Source of the DNA: an uncultured Bacteroidota bacterium
GTDB lineage: Bacteria > Bacteroidota > Bacteroidia > JADZBD01
Length of the DNA stretch: 64,000 nucleotides
Assembly (NCBI GenBank): GCA_937924855.1
Contig: CALEYQ010000043.1
Location: 2,263-66,262, forward strand
Reading direction: 5' to 3'
Shown here piece by piece: positions 26,047 through 36,123 of this stretch (position 1 is its first letter; each line of letters opens with the position of its first letter). The position numbers and the translations under genes were made by a program. The notes under the pieces were generated by a model. The model was not told where the DNA came from, ran no database searches, and saw nothing but the letters and a program-made list of their open reading frames with translations.

Positions 26047-26922
26047 ATGCCGAGTTTAAAAGAAGTTAGAACCCGAATTACCTCTGTTTCCAGCACACAG
26101 CAGATTACCTCTGCCATGAAAATGGTTTCTGCTGCAAAACTGAAACGGGCCCAGGATGCCATTACTCAAATGCGCCCATACGCCAACAAATTGCGCGATA
26201 TTCTGGAAAATGTTTCTGCTTCTCTCGACGGATCTGAAGGACCTTATTCAAAGGTTAGAACCGTTAAGTCTGTGCTTCTGGTTGTTATTACGAGTAATCG
26301 GGGTTTGTGCGGTGGTTTTAATGCCAATATTATTAAGCGCGCCAACAAGCTTGCCAAAAATGAATTTGCCGGAAAACAAATTTCCGTGCTTTGCATTGGA
26401 AAAAAGGGCGGTGATTATTTTAAAAAGACAGAACACCGTATAATTGGCTCTGACATGCCTCGTAAGGTTAATGAGTTATACGACAAACTTACCTATGATA
26501 ATGTGGCTCCTGTTGCCGAAAAAGTAATGGAGGCTTTTTTAAAAGGACAATTCGACCAGGTTGTTTTGGTTTATAATCAGTTTAAAAACGCTGCTTCTCA
26601 AATTGTAACTGCCGAGCCTTTCCTTCCCGTTTCACAGGGCAGCAAAAAACCCTGCAAGTCTTCCGATTATATTTTCGAGCCCTCCAAGGAATTCATCGTT
26701 CAGGATTTGATTCCCCGTTCGCTGAAGACCCAGTTTTACAAAGCCCTGCTTGATTCGCATGCCGCTGAACACGGCGCCAGAATGACCGCCATGCACAAGG
26801 CTACCGACAATGCCAGAGACATGTTACGCGACCTGCGTATTTCCTACAACAAGGCTCGTCAGGCTGCCATCACTAAAGAAATTCTTGAAATTGTAGGTGG
26901 TGCAGAAGCGCTGAACGCTTAA
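26047..26922 (+). CDS. atpG: F0F1 ATP synthase subunit gamma
   Basis: The N-terminus is MPSLKEVRTRITSVSSTQQITSAMKMVSAAKL and the C-terminus is ITKEILEIVGGAEAL. Confidence 0.95.
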   Translation: MPSLKEVRTRITSVSSTQQITSAMKMVSAAKLKRAQDAITQMRPYANKLRDILENVSASLDGSEGPYSKVRTVKSVLLVVITSNRGLCGGFNANIIKRANKLAKNEFAGKQISVLCIGKKGGDYFKKTEHRIIGSDMPRKVNELYDKLTYDNVAPVAEKVMEAFLKGQFDQVVLVYNQFKNAASQIVTAEPFLPVSQGSKKPCKSSDYIFEPSKEFIVQDLIPRSLKTQFYKALLDSHAAEHGARMTAMHKATDNARDMLRDLRISYNKARQAAITKEILEIVGGAEALNA

Positions 26923-28976
26923 TTGTTCAACCCTTCTTTTCTTTCACTTTCCGCTGTTTCATCCTCCCAGTGAACAAATGACTTTCGTTTTAGCTGAAGG
27001 GATTTAACCGGTGATATCACCAACGGAAAATTCTCAATTTTAACAGAACTTGTATCCAGGCCAAAGGCGTTCGCCTGCGACAGGGACCAATGTTTCAGGG
27101 TTCCGTAAATATCGAGGATGATCTTTTCAAAGACCGGAAACTCATTCTCAAAAGAGATGAATTTTTCAATAACGATAAACCGGAAGTCGCCGATAACTCC
27201 GCCACGACTCAACGACTCATAGCGAGAGGTAATATCCACCTCGTGATTCGACACCATGTCCTCAATAACTTTCCGGAACAAAAGATTTACCCGTGGAGCT
27301 TCCCGGAAACCCAGCTTAAAATCAACCCGGATAATATCATTGGGGGCGATTTCGGTTACGGCATACTCCATTCTGTAAGGTTCGTCAATAACATCCACAT
27401 GCACCAGCCAGTAAATATCCGCCCGTTTGGGCCGTCGCTTCAGAATAGAGTAAATAACTTTCTGTTCAATTTCATCAGGTTTGTTGGAGCTGGTAAGATA
27501 AACAAGGTGAGTGGCATATTTGGGAATGGAAAGATCCTGGCTGAGATCTTTTATGACCGGAATAAAATCCTTCAATTTTACAAACTCCACATAGCTGTTT
27601 CTGATTCTTCTTCCCTCTTGCCATACCCACATTACAATAAAAAGGGTAGAAGCTATCATTAAGCTGACAAAGCCCCCCTCGGGAAATTTCTTCAGGTTCG
27701 CCACCAGAAAACTCGATTCAACGATGAGGAAGGTGAGGAAAAAGGAAATGAAAAAAGCAACCGGGTATTTTTTAATCCGCAGGTAAAAGGAAAGCAGTCG
27801 CGAAGACATAAACATCCCCAGAATAATTGTAAGGCCGTAGGCCGCCTCCATTTTCGAGGACTCCTGAAAATATAAAACAACCGCTATGCATCCTGCCCAT
27901 AATAACCAGTTTACGCTTGGAATATAAAGCTGGCCTTTTAGGTCGGTGGGATATTTTATTTTGACCTTAGGCCAGAAATTAAGCCGTATTGCTTCGTTGA
28001 TAAGCGTAAATGATCCGCTGATAAGAGCCTGGCTGGCTACGATGGTTGCGGCTGTAGCTATAATAACACCTGCCGGTCTGAACCAATCGGCCATGATGGA
28101 ATAAAAGGGGTTGTTTCCCCCTTCAAGCACCTGCCCTGTATTTCCCAGCAACCACGCTCCCTGTCCGAAATAATTTAACAGCAGCATTGTTTTAACAAAA
28201 ATCCAGGTGATGCGAATGTTTTTCCTTCCGCAATGACCCAGATCGGAATACATGGCCTCGGCTCCGGTGGTACAAAGAAATACGGCTCCCAGCAACCAAA
28301 ACCCTCCGGGATACTTAACCAAAAGATTATAGGCGTAATGCGGAGATACCGCTTTCAAAACACCCCAGTCGCCGGCAAGCTGACCAATACCTAACACCCC
28401 AAGCATCACAAACCAAATCAACATCATCGGTCCAAAGGATTTCCCCACGAAGCTGGTTCCAAATTGCTGAATGGCAAAAAGCAATGTAATAATGACAATT
28501 ACAATGGGAACCGTTTCCAGATGTGAAAATCCGGGTAACATCCGGAGTCCTTCAACGGCAGATGAAACGCTGATGGGGGGAGTAATTACGCCTTCTCCCA
28601 AAATGCAGCATCCCCCAATGAGAGCGGGATACATCAGCCATTTTACCTTGGTTTTCTTCACCAAAGTATAAAGAGCAAAAATTCCACCTTCCCCTTTGTT
28701 ATCGGCGTTCAGAATTACAATCACATATTTCAGTGTTGTCTGCAGGGTCAGGGTCCAGAAAATACAGGAAATTCCGCCCAGAACCACATCGCGGTCAATT
28801 ACATTTCCTTCGCCAACAATGGCCTTCAGTACATAAAGTGGAGAGGTTCCAATATCGCCGAAGATAATCCCCAGGGATACCAGGAGGCCGGCTGCAGTAA
28901 TTTTACTATGCTGGGTATGATGTCCCGTGTGCACAACAGTGTTTAGGGAAAACAAAATTAGGTGTTTTAAGCACAC
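26919..28976 (-). CDS. kup: KUP/HAK/KT family potassium transporter
   Basis: GDIGTSPLYVLKAIV, ~12 TM helices and a C-terminal cytoplasmic domain. GTG start; there is no in-frame ATG near the 5' end. Confidence 0.9.
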   Translation of the reverse strand: MCLKHLILFSLNTVVHTGHHTQHSKITAAGLLVSLGIIFGDIGTSPLYVLKAIVGEGNVIDRDVVLGGISCIFWTLTLQTTLKYVIVILNADNKGEGGIFALYTLVKKTKVKWLMYPALIGGCCILGEGVITPPISVSSAVEGLRMLPGFSHLETVPIVIVIITLLFAIQQFGTSFVGKSFGPMMLIWFVMLGVLGIGQLAGDWGVLKAVSPHYAYNLLVKYPGGFWLLGAVFLCTTGAEAMYSDLGHCGRKNIRITWIFVKTMLLLNYFGQGAWLLGNTGQVLEGGNNPFYSIMADWFRPAGVIIATAATIVASQALISGSFTLINEAIRLNFWPKVKIKYPTDLKGQLYIPSVNWLLWAGCIAVVLYFQESSKMEAAYGLTIILGMFMSSRLLSFYLRIKKYPVAFFISFFLTFLIVESSFLVANLKKFPEGGFVSLMIASTLFIVMWVWQEGRRIRNSYVEFVKLKDFIPVIKDLSQDLSIPKYATHLVYLTSSNKPDEIEQKVIYSILKRRPKRADIYWLVHVDVIDEPYRMEYAVTEIAPNDIIRVDFKLGFREAPRVNLLFRKVIEDMVSNHEVDITSRYESLSRGGVIGDFRFIVIEKFISFENEFPVFEKIILDIYGTLKHWSLSQANAFGLDTSSVKIENFPLVISPVKSLQLKRKSFVHWEDETAESERKEGLNN

Positions 28977-28998
28977 CCACGATTAAAAAACAGCTTTT

Positions 28999-31263
28999 CT
29001 ATACATCAAAGCCAAACTCGTCCTTTACCGATCCGCCATTTCGCTTCTCGGGGGATTGGGCTTTAGGGGGGGTACGCTTCTCTGATTTCCGGTTTTCTGC
29101 ATCAGGTGGGGCTTCTACAAGGCGGAACTCTATTTGCTTTCTGACCAGATCGGCCTTTTTAACTTCAATCCAAACCTTATCGCCCAGGGTATATTTTCTT
29201 CCAAACCTTCTACCCAAAATGCGGTAGTTTTTCTCGTCATACACATAATAATCATCCTCCATGTCTTTGAGCCTTACCAGGCCTTCGCAAAGGTTTTCGA
29301 GCAACTCCACATAGATTCCCCATTCGGTAACTCCCGAAACCACACCCTCAAACATTTCCCCGGTTTTGTCCTGCAGGAACTTCACCTGCATAAATTTAAT
29401 AGAGGCTCTTTCAGCGTCTGAGGCCAACTTTTCCCTTTCTGAGCTGTGTTTGCATTTTTGTTCAAGATCTTCCTGTTTCCCTTTCGGGGGCTCGGCATTC
29501 AGGCAATGTTGCAGTATCCGGTGTACCATCATATCCGGATAGCGCCGGATGGGGGAAGTAAAGTGTGTGTAAAAGTCGAATCCCAGTCCGTAATGTCCGA
29601 TGTTTTTAGTGGAATAAACGGCTTTTGCCATGGTACGGATGGCGAGCAGCTCAATCGCATTGGCTTCAGGCTTTCCTTTTATTTCCCGATTCAGCTGATT
29701 GAGCGACTCTGCTGTGGTTTTTGGATTCTTTACATTTATCTTATAACCGAATTTTGAAATAAATTCCGAAAACTGGCTCAGTTTGTCGGGGTCGGGTTCG
29801 GCATGAATCCTAAAAACAAATGGTCTGGAACCTGGAATTTCCTGCTGCCCCGATCCAATTCCTTTCTTATGCACAAAAGCGGCAACTCTGCGGTTGGCAA
29901 GCAACATAAAATCCTCAATAAGGTGATTGGAGTCTTTCATTACCTTGAAGAAAACTCCTTCGGGTTTCCCCTCTTTGGAAAGTTTAAATTTAACCTCAAC
30001 TTTTTCAAATCCTATACTACCTTTTTTAAAGCGGTCTTTCCGCAATGCTTTAGAAATGTCGTTCAGCGTTTTTAATTCTTCGGCAAAATCTCCCGTTCCG
30101 CTTTCCAGAATTTCCTGGGCTTCTTCATAGGTAAAACGCCGGTCGGAATGAATCACGGTTCGCCCGAACCATTCGCTGTAAATTTTTCCGGAAAGATCCA
30201 TTTCAAATATGGCGGAAAAACAAAGTTTGTCTTCATGGGGCTTCAGGGAACAGAGGTCGTTGCTCAACACTTCAGGTAACATAGGAACCGTTCTGTCAAC
30301 CAGATAAACAGAAGTTGCCCTTAGAAAAGCTTCTTTGTCAATAATGCTGCCCTCGGTAACAAAATGGGTAACATCGGCTATGTGAATGCCGATTTCAAAT
30401 TTACCCGCTCCGGTTTCTTTGATGGAAAGGGCATCGTCGAAATCCTTTGCGTCGAAAGGGTCTATGGTAAAAGTGGTTGTCTGACGAAGATCTCTGCGCT
30501 TTGAAACTTCTGCGGAGGAAATTGCTTTAGAAATATTGTCGGAGGCTTTGAGCACATCGTTGGGAAATTCATACGGCAAGCCAAACTCTTCCAGGATAGC
30601 ATGAATTTCTGTGTTGTGATCGCCGGCCTTTCCCAGCACGCGCAAAACTTCACCAACCGGATTGTCTCCTTTGGGATATTGGGTGATTTTTACAACGGCT
30701 TTGTCTCCGTCTTTTGCCCCTTTGAGGGCATTGTGTGGGATAAAAATGTCGGACCCGAATTTCAGATTGTCGGGAACGAGAAAACCATATTTTTCCGATA
30801 GCTGCAAGGTTCCCACCACTTCTTCTTTGGCCCTTTTAATAACCTCCACTACCCTGCCTTCGCCTCTTTTCCTTCGGGAGCCTCCAATGAGTTTTACTTT
30901 TACGGTATCGCCGTGAAGTGCGGTTCCCATATTGGCTTCCGAAATAAAAACATCTTCTTCGGTGTCTTCTGAAACTAAATACCCCGCTCCGGAACTGATT
31001 CTGTCAAGCCGGCCTATAATGGAACGGGATTTTTCTTTCCACACAAATTTGCCTCGTTCCGGTTCAAGCGCCATTCCCTTTTCCCTCAGGTCGGAAAGGA
31101 TAATGGTTATCAGTTGTTTCTGGGAATGATCTGAGATGTTTAGTTTGGAGGATACCTGCTTGTAATTCAAGGGCTTCCCCCCTGAGTCGCGTAACACTTC
31201 TATTACTTCTTCAAAGAGTAGTTTTTTGGATTTCCTTTGCGACTTTTTACGTATTTTTGACAT
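28999..31263 (-). CDS. rnr: Ribonuclease R
   Basis: Cold-shock/OB N-terminus, RNB core (TIDPFDAKDFDDALS, HYGLGFDFYTHFTSPIRRYPD), a C-terminal S1 domain and a basic tail. The start was moved to MSKIRKK (ATG 31263). Confidence 0.92.
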   Translation of the reverse strand: MSKIRKKSQRKSKKLLFEEVIEVLRDSGGKPLNYKQVSSKLNISDHSQKQLITIILSDLREKGMALEPERGKFVWKEKSRSIIGRLDRISSGAGYLVSEDTEEDVFISEANMGTALHGDTVKVKLIGGSRRKRGEGRVVEVIKRAKEEVVGTLQLSEKYGFLVPDNLKFGSDIFIPHNALKGAKDGDKAVVKITQYPKGDNPVGEVLRVLGKAGDHNTEIHAILEEFGLPYEFPNDVLKASDNISKAISSAEVSKRRDLRQTTTFTIDPFDAKDFDDALSIKETGAGKFEIGIHIADVTHFVTEGSIIDKEAFLRATSVYLVDRTVPMLPEVLSNDLCSLKPHEDKLCFSAIFEMDLSGKIYSEWFGRTVIHSDRRFTYEEAQEILESGTGDFAEELKTLNDISKALRKDRFKKGSIGFEKVEVKFKLSKEGKPEGVFFKVMKDSNHLIEDFMLLANRRVAAFVHKKGIGSGQQEIPGSRPFVFRIHAEPDPDKLSQFSEFISKFGYKINVKNPKTTAESLNQLNREIKGKPEANAIELLAIRTMAKAVYSTKNIGHYGLGFDFYTHFTSPIRRYPDMMVHRILQHCLNAEPPKGKQEDLEQKCKHSSEREKLASDAERASIKFMQVKFLQDKTGEMFEGVVSGVTEWGIYVELLENLCEGLVRLKDMEDDYYVYDEKNYRILGRRFGRKYTLGDKVWIEVKKADLVRKQIEFRLVEAPPDAENRKSEKRTPPKAQSPEKRNGGSVKDEFGFDV

Positions 31264-31345
31264 TGTTACGGCGGGCATAAAGTTAACCATTTTATACCCG
31301 CTTTTTTATGAATGTGTTTTTTAACTTCCTGAAACAAACTTCTGC

Positions 31346-34300
31346 ATGAAGAATCTCATTACCCGTTCTCTTACTCCACTGATGGTTTTTCTCCTTTTGG
31401 GCGCCTTCAAATACGGCCAGGCTCAGATTACAGCCGGCCCTGGGCAGTCAATTTGTGTTCCCAACTGCGCTACCCTCAACGCCACCTATACCCAAACTTT
31501 TTCCACTTCCTCATATAGCGTAGCTTCAATCCCTTACGCCCCAGATCCCTTTAATGTGGGAACCGCCTTAACCTGGCAGAGTAATGGTGACGACGAGGTA
31601 CATGGCCCTTATAATATTGGTTTCGACTTTTGCTTTATGGGTTTTACCCGCCAGCAATTCTATATTGGTATTAATGGATGGGTAGGATTTAGCAACGGAC
31701 CTACCACTTTCACCTCTGCCTCTATACCCAATATGGCCGGAACAGTTCCGAAGGATTGTATTATGGGTCCCTGGCAGGATTGGTATCCTGGGTTTAACAA
31801 TGTTGGCCAGGTTCGATACCAGGTTTTGGGAACCGCTCCTTTTCGTCGCCTTGTGGTTTCCTGGAATACAAGTCCTTTGTTCAGCTGCACAGCATTAACA
31901 GGAACTTTTCAGATTGTTCTTTTTGAAACAACCAACATTGTTGAAACCAGAATTCAAAACAAACCTGGTCCATGTGCATGGGCAGGCGGAACGGCCGTGC
32001 ATGGAATCCATAATTTATTTGGAACCGTAGCATATACTGTTCCCGGAAGAAATTCCACACAATGGGTTGCCACCAATGATGCCTGGCGCTTTTCGCCCAA
32101 TGGTCCTCCCGATTTCAATTTCGGTTGGTACAATGGCGCTACTTTGGTTTCTACCAGCCCAACCCCAAGTGTTTGTCCAACCACTACTACTACCTATACC
32201 GCTCAAATTACTTACAACTGTACGAACCTCACCTACACTTCACAAACTACCATTACGGTTGGAGTTGCTCCTGCTAATGCCGGAAACAACTCTTCCATTT
32301 GCACAGGTGGCAATGTTCAGCTGAATGGTACGGGCGGAGTTTCTTTTTCCTGGAGTCCTGCTTCAGGACTTAGCTGCACCACATGTCCTAATCCTATTGC
32401 AAGTCCGTCTGCCACTACTACATATACATTAACGGTAACCGATGCTTCGGGATGTACAGGGACATCTTCCGTTACGGTGACTGTTTTGCCTCCTCCGGTT
32501 GCCAGTGCGGGTAGTAATACTTCAATTTGTACGGGTGGGTCAACAGTATTAAATGGATCGGGCGGAACTTCCTATGTGTGGAGTCCGGGAACAGGATTGA
32601 GCAGTACGACCGTTTCCAATCCCACCGCATCGCCCACGGCCACCACAACATATACAGTAACGGTTTCCAACGGTGCCTGTACCAATACTTCTTCTGTAAC
32701 CATTACGGTCAATGCCCTGCCTGTAGCTTCGGCGGGATCACCTGCTTCCATTTGCAATGGAAACAACACCCAGCTTTCCGGCAGCGGTGGAGGAACCTAT
32801 GCATGGACTCCTTCGGCAAGTTTAAACAGCGGAACCATAAGCAATCCCGTAGCAAGTCCAACCAGCACCACTACCTATACCCTTGTTGTAACTGATGCAA
32901 ACGGCTGTTCGGCTTCATCCACCGTAACGGTTACTGTAAATTCCGCCAGTGCAACAGCATCTGCATCCAATAATAATATTTGTCAGGGCGACACCACTCA
33001 GCTAAGTTCCACCGGTGGTGGTTCCTACAGTTGGTCACCTGCAACTTCACTTAGCACGACCACGGTTTCAAATCCCCTGGCCTTTCCCACAGTTACCACA
33101 ACTTACACCGTAACCGTAACGGCCGCTAATGGGTGTACGGCTACCGCAACCACAACCGTTGTAATTAATATTCCTCCCAATGCTACTGCAGGGCCTGATA
33201 CTGCATTTTGTGCGGGGGGCAATGTTCAGCTGAATGCTACCGGCGGAACATCCTATAACTGGTCGCCCGCAACCGGACTCAGCAGCACAACCATTGGCAA
33301 TCCGGTTGCCAGTCCAACTTCTACAACCACATACACAGTAGTAATAACCACCGGAGTTTGCAGTGTAACAGATCTGATTACGGTTACCGTAAATCAAAAT
33401 CCCATTGCTACGGCCGGAAGTCCCGTTTCGATTTGTTCCAATGGCCCCGGAACGCAGCTTGCGGGGGGCGGAGGCACAACTTACAACTGGTCGCCTTCCA
33501 CGGGACTCAGCAGCACAACTATTTCCAACCCCATTGCCAATCCTACTGCCACCACGACCTACACTGTAGTTGTAGGAAATGCAGCGGGTTGTACTTCAAC
33601 GGCCATGGTTACCATTTCTGTAAATCCTCCTCCCGTTGCCAGTGCCGGTAATAATGCTTCGGTATGTGCCGGTGGGAACACGGCATTAAATGCGAGCGGA
33701 GGCGTATCCTACTCCTGGTCTCCCGCTTCGGGACTTAGCAGCACCACCATTTCAAATCCGGTTGCTACGCCCTCTGCAACTACCACATATACAGTAACCG
33801 TAACCGACGCTAACGGGTGTACGGCTACTTCAACTGTAACGGTAACTGTAAATGCCGCATTTACCCTATCCTCTCCCACGAGCATTGATCAGACCTGTGG
33901 AAATAACGACGGACAGGCAACTGCAGGAACACCCAGTTCAGGAAGTTCCCCTTTTACCTATGCCTGGAACAACGGACAAACGGGAGCAACGGCAACCGGT
34001 CTTTCTTCGGGAAATTATGCGGTAACCGTAACCGATGCCAACGGATGTACCTCTTCGCAGGTGGTTTCCGTGAATCAGGTTATTGGAGCCAACGCAGCAG
34101 CTTCAGCAAATCCTCCGACAGGGCTTTACCCGCTGCCGGTTAATTTTACAAATAATTCATCCGGGGCAAACAATTACATTTGGAATTTTGGAGACGGGTC
34201 CCCGCTTTCAAATGCGCAAAACCCAAACCACACTTACCAAAATCCCGGAACCTATACGGTTACCCTTATTGTTTACAACAACTCGCCAAACTGTGCAGAT

Positions 34301-34615
34301 ACAATTTATTTAACCATTGTGGTTTTTGAAAACATTTCGGTTGTTATTCCCAACGTATTTACCCCAAACGGCGACAACATGAATGATTTTCTGGAGTTGG
34401 AAATTTCCGGTTTAAAATCAGCCACCATTTCCATTTTCAATCGCTGGGGCACTTTGATTAAAACCTTTGATCCCATTTCCGGAAAGTGGGACGGAAGAGT
34501 TGACGGAGGAGGTGATGCGGTTGACGGGACTTATTATTATGTCTTCACGGGAACAAAGTTCGACGACACCGTTATGCAGGAAAAAGGATTTATTTCCATA
34601 TTGCGAAACAAATAA
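31346..34615 (+). CDS. Giant adhesin-like surface protein with T9SS type B sorting domain
   Basis: 1089 aa. It has a signal peptide, a ~270-aa N-terminal domain, seven ~76-aa Thr/Ser-rich modules, an SprB-like repeat (CGNNDGQATA..YAWNNGQTGATATGLSSGNYAVTVTDANGC), a PKD-like domain (VNFTNNS..WNFGDGS..NPNHTYQNPGTYTVTL), and VFTPNGDNMNDF...IFNRWG...DGTYYYV at the C-terminus. Confidence 0.9.
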   Translation: MKNLITRSLTPLMVFLLLGAFKYGQAQITAGPGQSICVPNCATLNATYTQTFSTSSYSVASIPYAPDPFNVGTALTWQSNGDDEVHGPYNIGFDFCFMGFTRQQFYIGINGWVGFSNGPTTFTSASIPNMAGTVPKDCIMGPWQDWYPGFNNVGQVRYQVLGTAPFRRLVVSWNTSPLFSCTALTGTFQIVLFETTNIVETRIQNKPGPCAWAGGTAVHGIHNLFGTVAYTVPGRNSTQWVATNDAWRFSPNGPPDFNFGWYNGATLVSTSPTPSVCPTTTTTYTAQITYNCTNLTYTSQTTITVGVAPANAGNNSSICTGGNVQLNGTGGVSFSWSPASGLSCTTCPNPIASPSATTTYTLTVTDASGCTGTSSVTVTVLPPPVASAGSNTSICTGGSTVLNGSGGTSYVWSPGTGLSSTTVSNPTASPTATTTYTVTVSNGACTNTSSVTITVNALPVASAGSPASICNGNNTQLSGSGGGTYAWTPSASLNSGTISNPVASPTSTTTYTLVVTDANGCSASSTVTVTVNSASATASASNNNICQGDTTQLSSTGGGSYSWSPATSLSTTTVSNPLAFPTVTTTYTVTVTAANGCTATATTTVVINIPPNATAGPDTAFCAGGNVQLNATGGTSYNWSPATGLSSTTIGNPVASPTSTTTYTVVITTGVCSVTDLITVTVNQNPIATAGSPVSICSNGPGTQLAGGGGTTYNWSPSTGLSSTTISNPIANPTATTTYTVVVGNAAGCTSTAMVTISVNPPPVASAGNNASVCAGGNTALNASGGVSYSWSPASGLSSTTISNPVATPSATTTYTVTVTDANGCTATSTVTVTVNAAFTLSSPTSIDQTCGNNDGQATAGTPSSGSSPFTYAWNNGQTGATATGLSSGNYAVTVTDANGCTSSQVVSVNQVIGANAAASANPPTGLYPLPVNFTNNSSGANNYIWNFGDGSPLSNAQNPNHTYQNPGTYTVTLIVYNNSPNCADTIYLTIVVFENISVVIPNVFTPNGDNMNDFLELEISGLKSATISIFNRWGTLIKTFDPISGKWDGRVDGGGDAVDGTYYYVFTGTKFDDTVMQEKGFISILRNK
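32267..33853 (+). repeat. Seven in-frame tandem coding modules of ~227 nt (~76 aa)
   Basis: Each unit has the pattern (P)xA(S/T)AGxxxxIC.GG...L.(G/A)(S/T)GG..Y.WSP..GLSSTT(I/V)SNP.A.P..TTTYTV.V....GC....V.V.V. The units have diverged at the nucleotide level. Confidence 0.9.
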
Positions 34616-34630
34616 AAACTAATTTAAAAA

Positions 34631-34655
34631 CCCCCGGCAAGCCGGGGTTTTTTTT
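34631..34655 (+). terminator. Rho-independent terminator
   Basis: CCCCGGC-AA-GCCGGGG followed by T8, 16 nt after the adhesin stop codon. Confidence 0.85.
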
Positions 34656-34658
34656 GCC

Positions 34659-35546
34659 ATGAACATTCTCCTGGCCGGCGGAACGGGTTACCTGGGTTCC
34701 CACCTTAGAAAAAAACTACATGAGGAGGGGTGTAGAGTTACCCTTGTCGTAAGAAAAGAGCCGGATTTGAAGTCCGGAGAAAAGTGCATTTACTGGAACG
34801 ATCTTTCCTCTCCCGAAATTTTGGATGAAAAATTTGACGCGGTAATCAACCTGGCAGGAAAATCAATCCGCTGCAGGGACACCAACAAAAACCGGGAAAA
34901 AATACTTTCTTCCCGCCTGGAAACAACATCCGCACTGGCAAAATTTATGTCGGCCACAAAGCAAAAGCCCGAGGTGTGGATTAACGCCTCCGCTACCGGA
35001 TTTTATGGCGAAACGGGCGAGTCCATGGCCGATGAATCCAGCCCCCCCGGAAATACTTTTTTTGCCGGGGTTTGTCAAAAATGGGAAGCAGCGGTAAAAG
35101 CTCCCGGAGTAAGGCAAGTGCTGCTCAGAACCGGAGTTGTAATTGGTAAAGCAAGCCCCTTATTAAAAATTAGTCGCCTGTTAGTTTGGTTAGGGCTTGG
35201 AGGAAGGCAGGGGTCTGGCAAACAATTGTTCTCCTGGGTTCATGAAGACGACTTCGTTTCTTCCGTTTGGTTTTTGCTAAAAAACACAGGATGTGAGGGT
35301 CCATATAACATTTGTGCTCCGGTTCCTGCTACCAACAAAATGTTCCAGGCCGAATTGCGCAAAAGCCTGGGATTCCCTTTTGGAATTTCTTCCCCGGAGT
35401 TCCTGATAAAAGCGGGAGGATTTATTACCGGAATGCCTGCAAATCTGGTTTTGGAAAGCCTGGGTGCCAAACCCAAAAAACTGATTGATGATGGATTTCA
35501 ATTTGCATACCCTTCGCTTACCGAAGCCCTCAAAGCCTCAAAATAA
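34659..35546 (+). CDS. TIGR01777/YfcH-type epimerase-family NAD-binding protein
   Basis: The N-terminal Rossmann motif is ILLAGGTGYLGSHL. SWVHEDDFV and a C-terminal DUF1731-like segment are also present. Confidence 0.8.
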   Translation: MNILLAGGTGYLGSHLRKKLHEEGCRVTLVVRKEPDLKSGEKCIYWNDLSSPEILDEKFDAVINLAGKSIRCRDTNKNREKILSSRLETTSALAKFMSATKQKPEVWINASATGFYGETGESMADESSPPGNTFFAGVCQKWEAAVKAPGVRQVLLRTGVVIGKASPLLKISRLLVWLGLGGRQGSGKQLFSWVHEDDFVSSVWFLLKNTGCEGPYNICAPVPATNKMFQAELRKSLGFPFGISSPEFLIKAGGFITGMPANLVLESLGAKPKKLIDDGFQFAYPSLTEALKASK

Positions 35547-35576
35547 CAGGGAGTTTCATTTCTTTTCCGAATTCCG

Positions 35577-35584
35577 TAACTTTG
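35577..35584 (+). promoter_or_regulatory. Candidate -7 box TAACTTTG upstream of the ferritin gene
   Basis: It matches TAnnTTTG, 22 nt upstream of ATG 35607. A TTTC lies 19 nt upstream as a weak -33 element. Confidence 0.4.
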
Positions 35585-35606
35585 CTGTAAATAAAACCCA
35601 CACGAT

Positions 35607-36116
35607 ATGTTATCCAAAAAAATTGAAAGTTCGCTGAACCAACAAATACAACTTGAAGCCGAGTCTTCCCAGTTTTACCTGGCCATGGCTTCCTGGGCAG
35701 AAACCCAGGGCTTAAACGGGGTAGCTTCATTTCTTTATTCCCATTCCGACGAAGAGCGTATGCACATGCTAAAGCTTGTTAAGTACGTAAATGAGCGCGG
35801 TGGCCAGGGAGTAATTGCAGCTTTAAAGGCTCCTCCAAAAACTTTTAAATCTGTTAAGGCGGTCTTTGAGCAAATTCTGGAACACGAAATCTATGTGAGC
35901 AATGAAATTAACGGGCTTGTTGAGGAGTGTTTAAAAATCAAAGATTATACTACCCACAACTTTCTTCAATGGTATGTTTCTGAACAAATTGAAGAGGAAG
36001 CCCTTGCCCGCAACATTCTGGACAAGTTGAATCTTATCGGAAATGAAAAAGGAGGCCTCTATTTGTTTGATCGGGATCTTGAAGGATTTTCCGGAACGGC
36101 CAAAAAGCCTGACTAA
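35607..36116 (+). CDS. ftnA: Non-haem bacterial ferritin
   Basis: LNQQIQLEAESSQFYLAMASWAE, SDEERMHMLKLVKYV and EHEIYVSNEIN carry the ferroxidase-centre residues. Confidence 0.9.
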   Translation: MLSKKIESSLNQQIQLEAESSQFYLAMASWAETQGLNGVASFLYSHSDEERMHMLKLVKYVNERGGQGVIAALKAPPKTFKSVKAVFEQILEHEIYVSNEINGLVEECLKIKDYTTHNFLQWYVSEQIEEEALARNILDKLNLIGNEKGGLYLFDRDLEGFSGTAKKPD

Positions 36117-36123
36117 AAGCAGC

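Noticed and set aside
32267-33853. Regular ~227-nt periodicity that could be mistaken for a CRISPR array or a non-coding tandem repeat.
   Set aside because: The units are in frame within one ORF. They are far longer than CRISPR repeats, have no unique spacers, and are conserved at the protein level rather than the nucleotide level.
36043-36123. An N-terminal extension of the M28 peptidase ORF that overlaps the ferritin gene by 74 nt.
   Set aside because: The internal ATG at 36124 follows the ferritin stop by 7 nt and starts a signal/TM segment. The extension is read from the ferritin 3' end in another frame.
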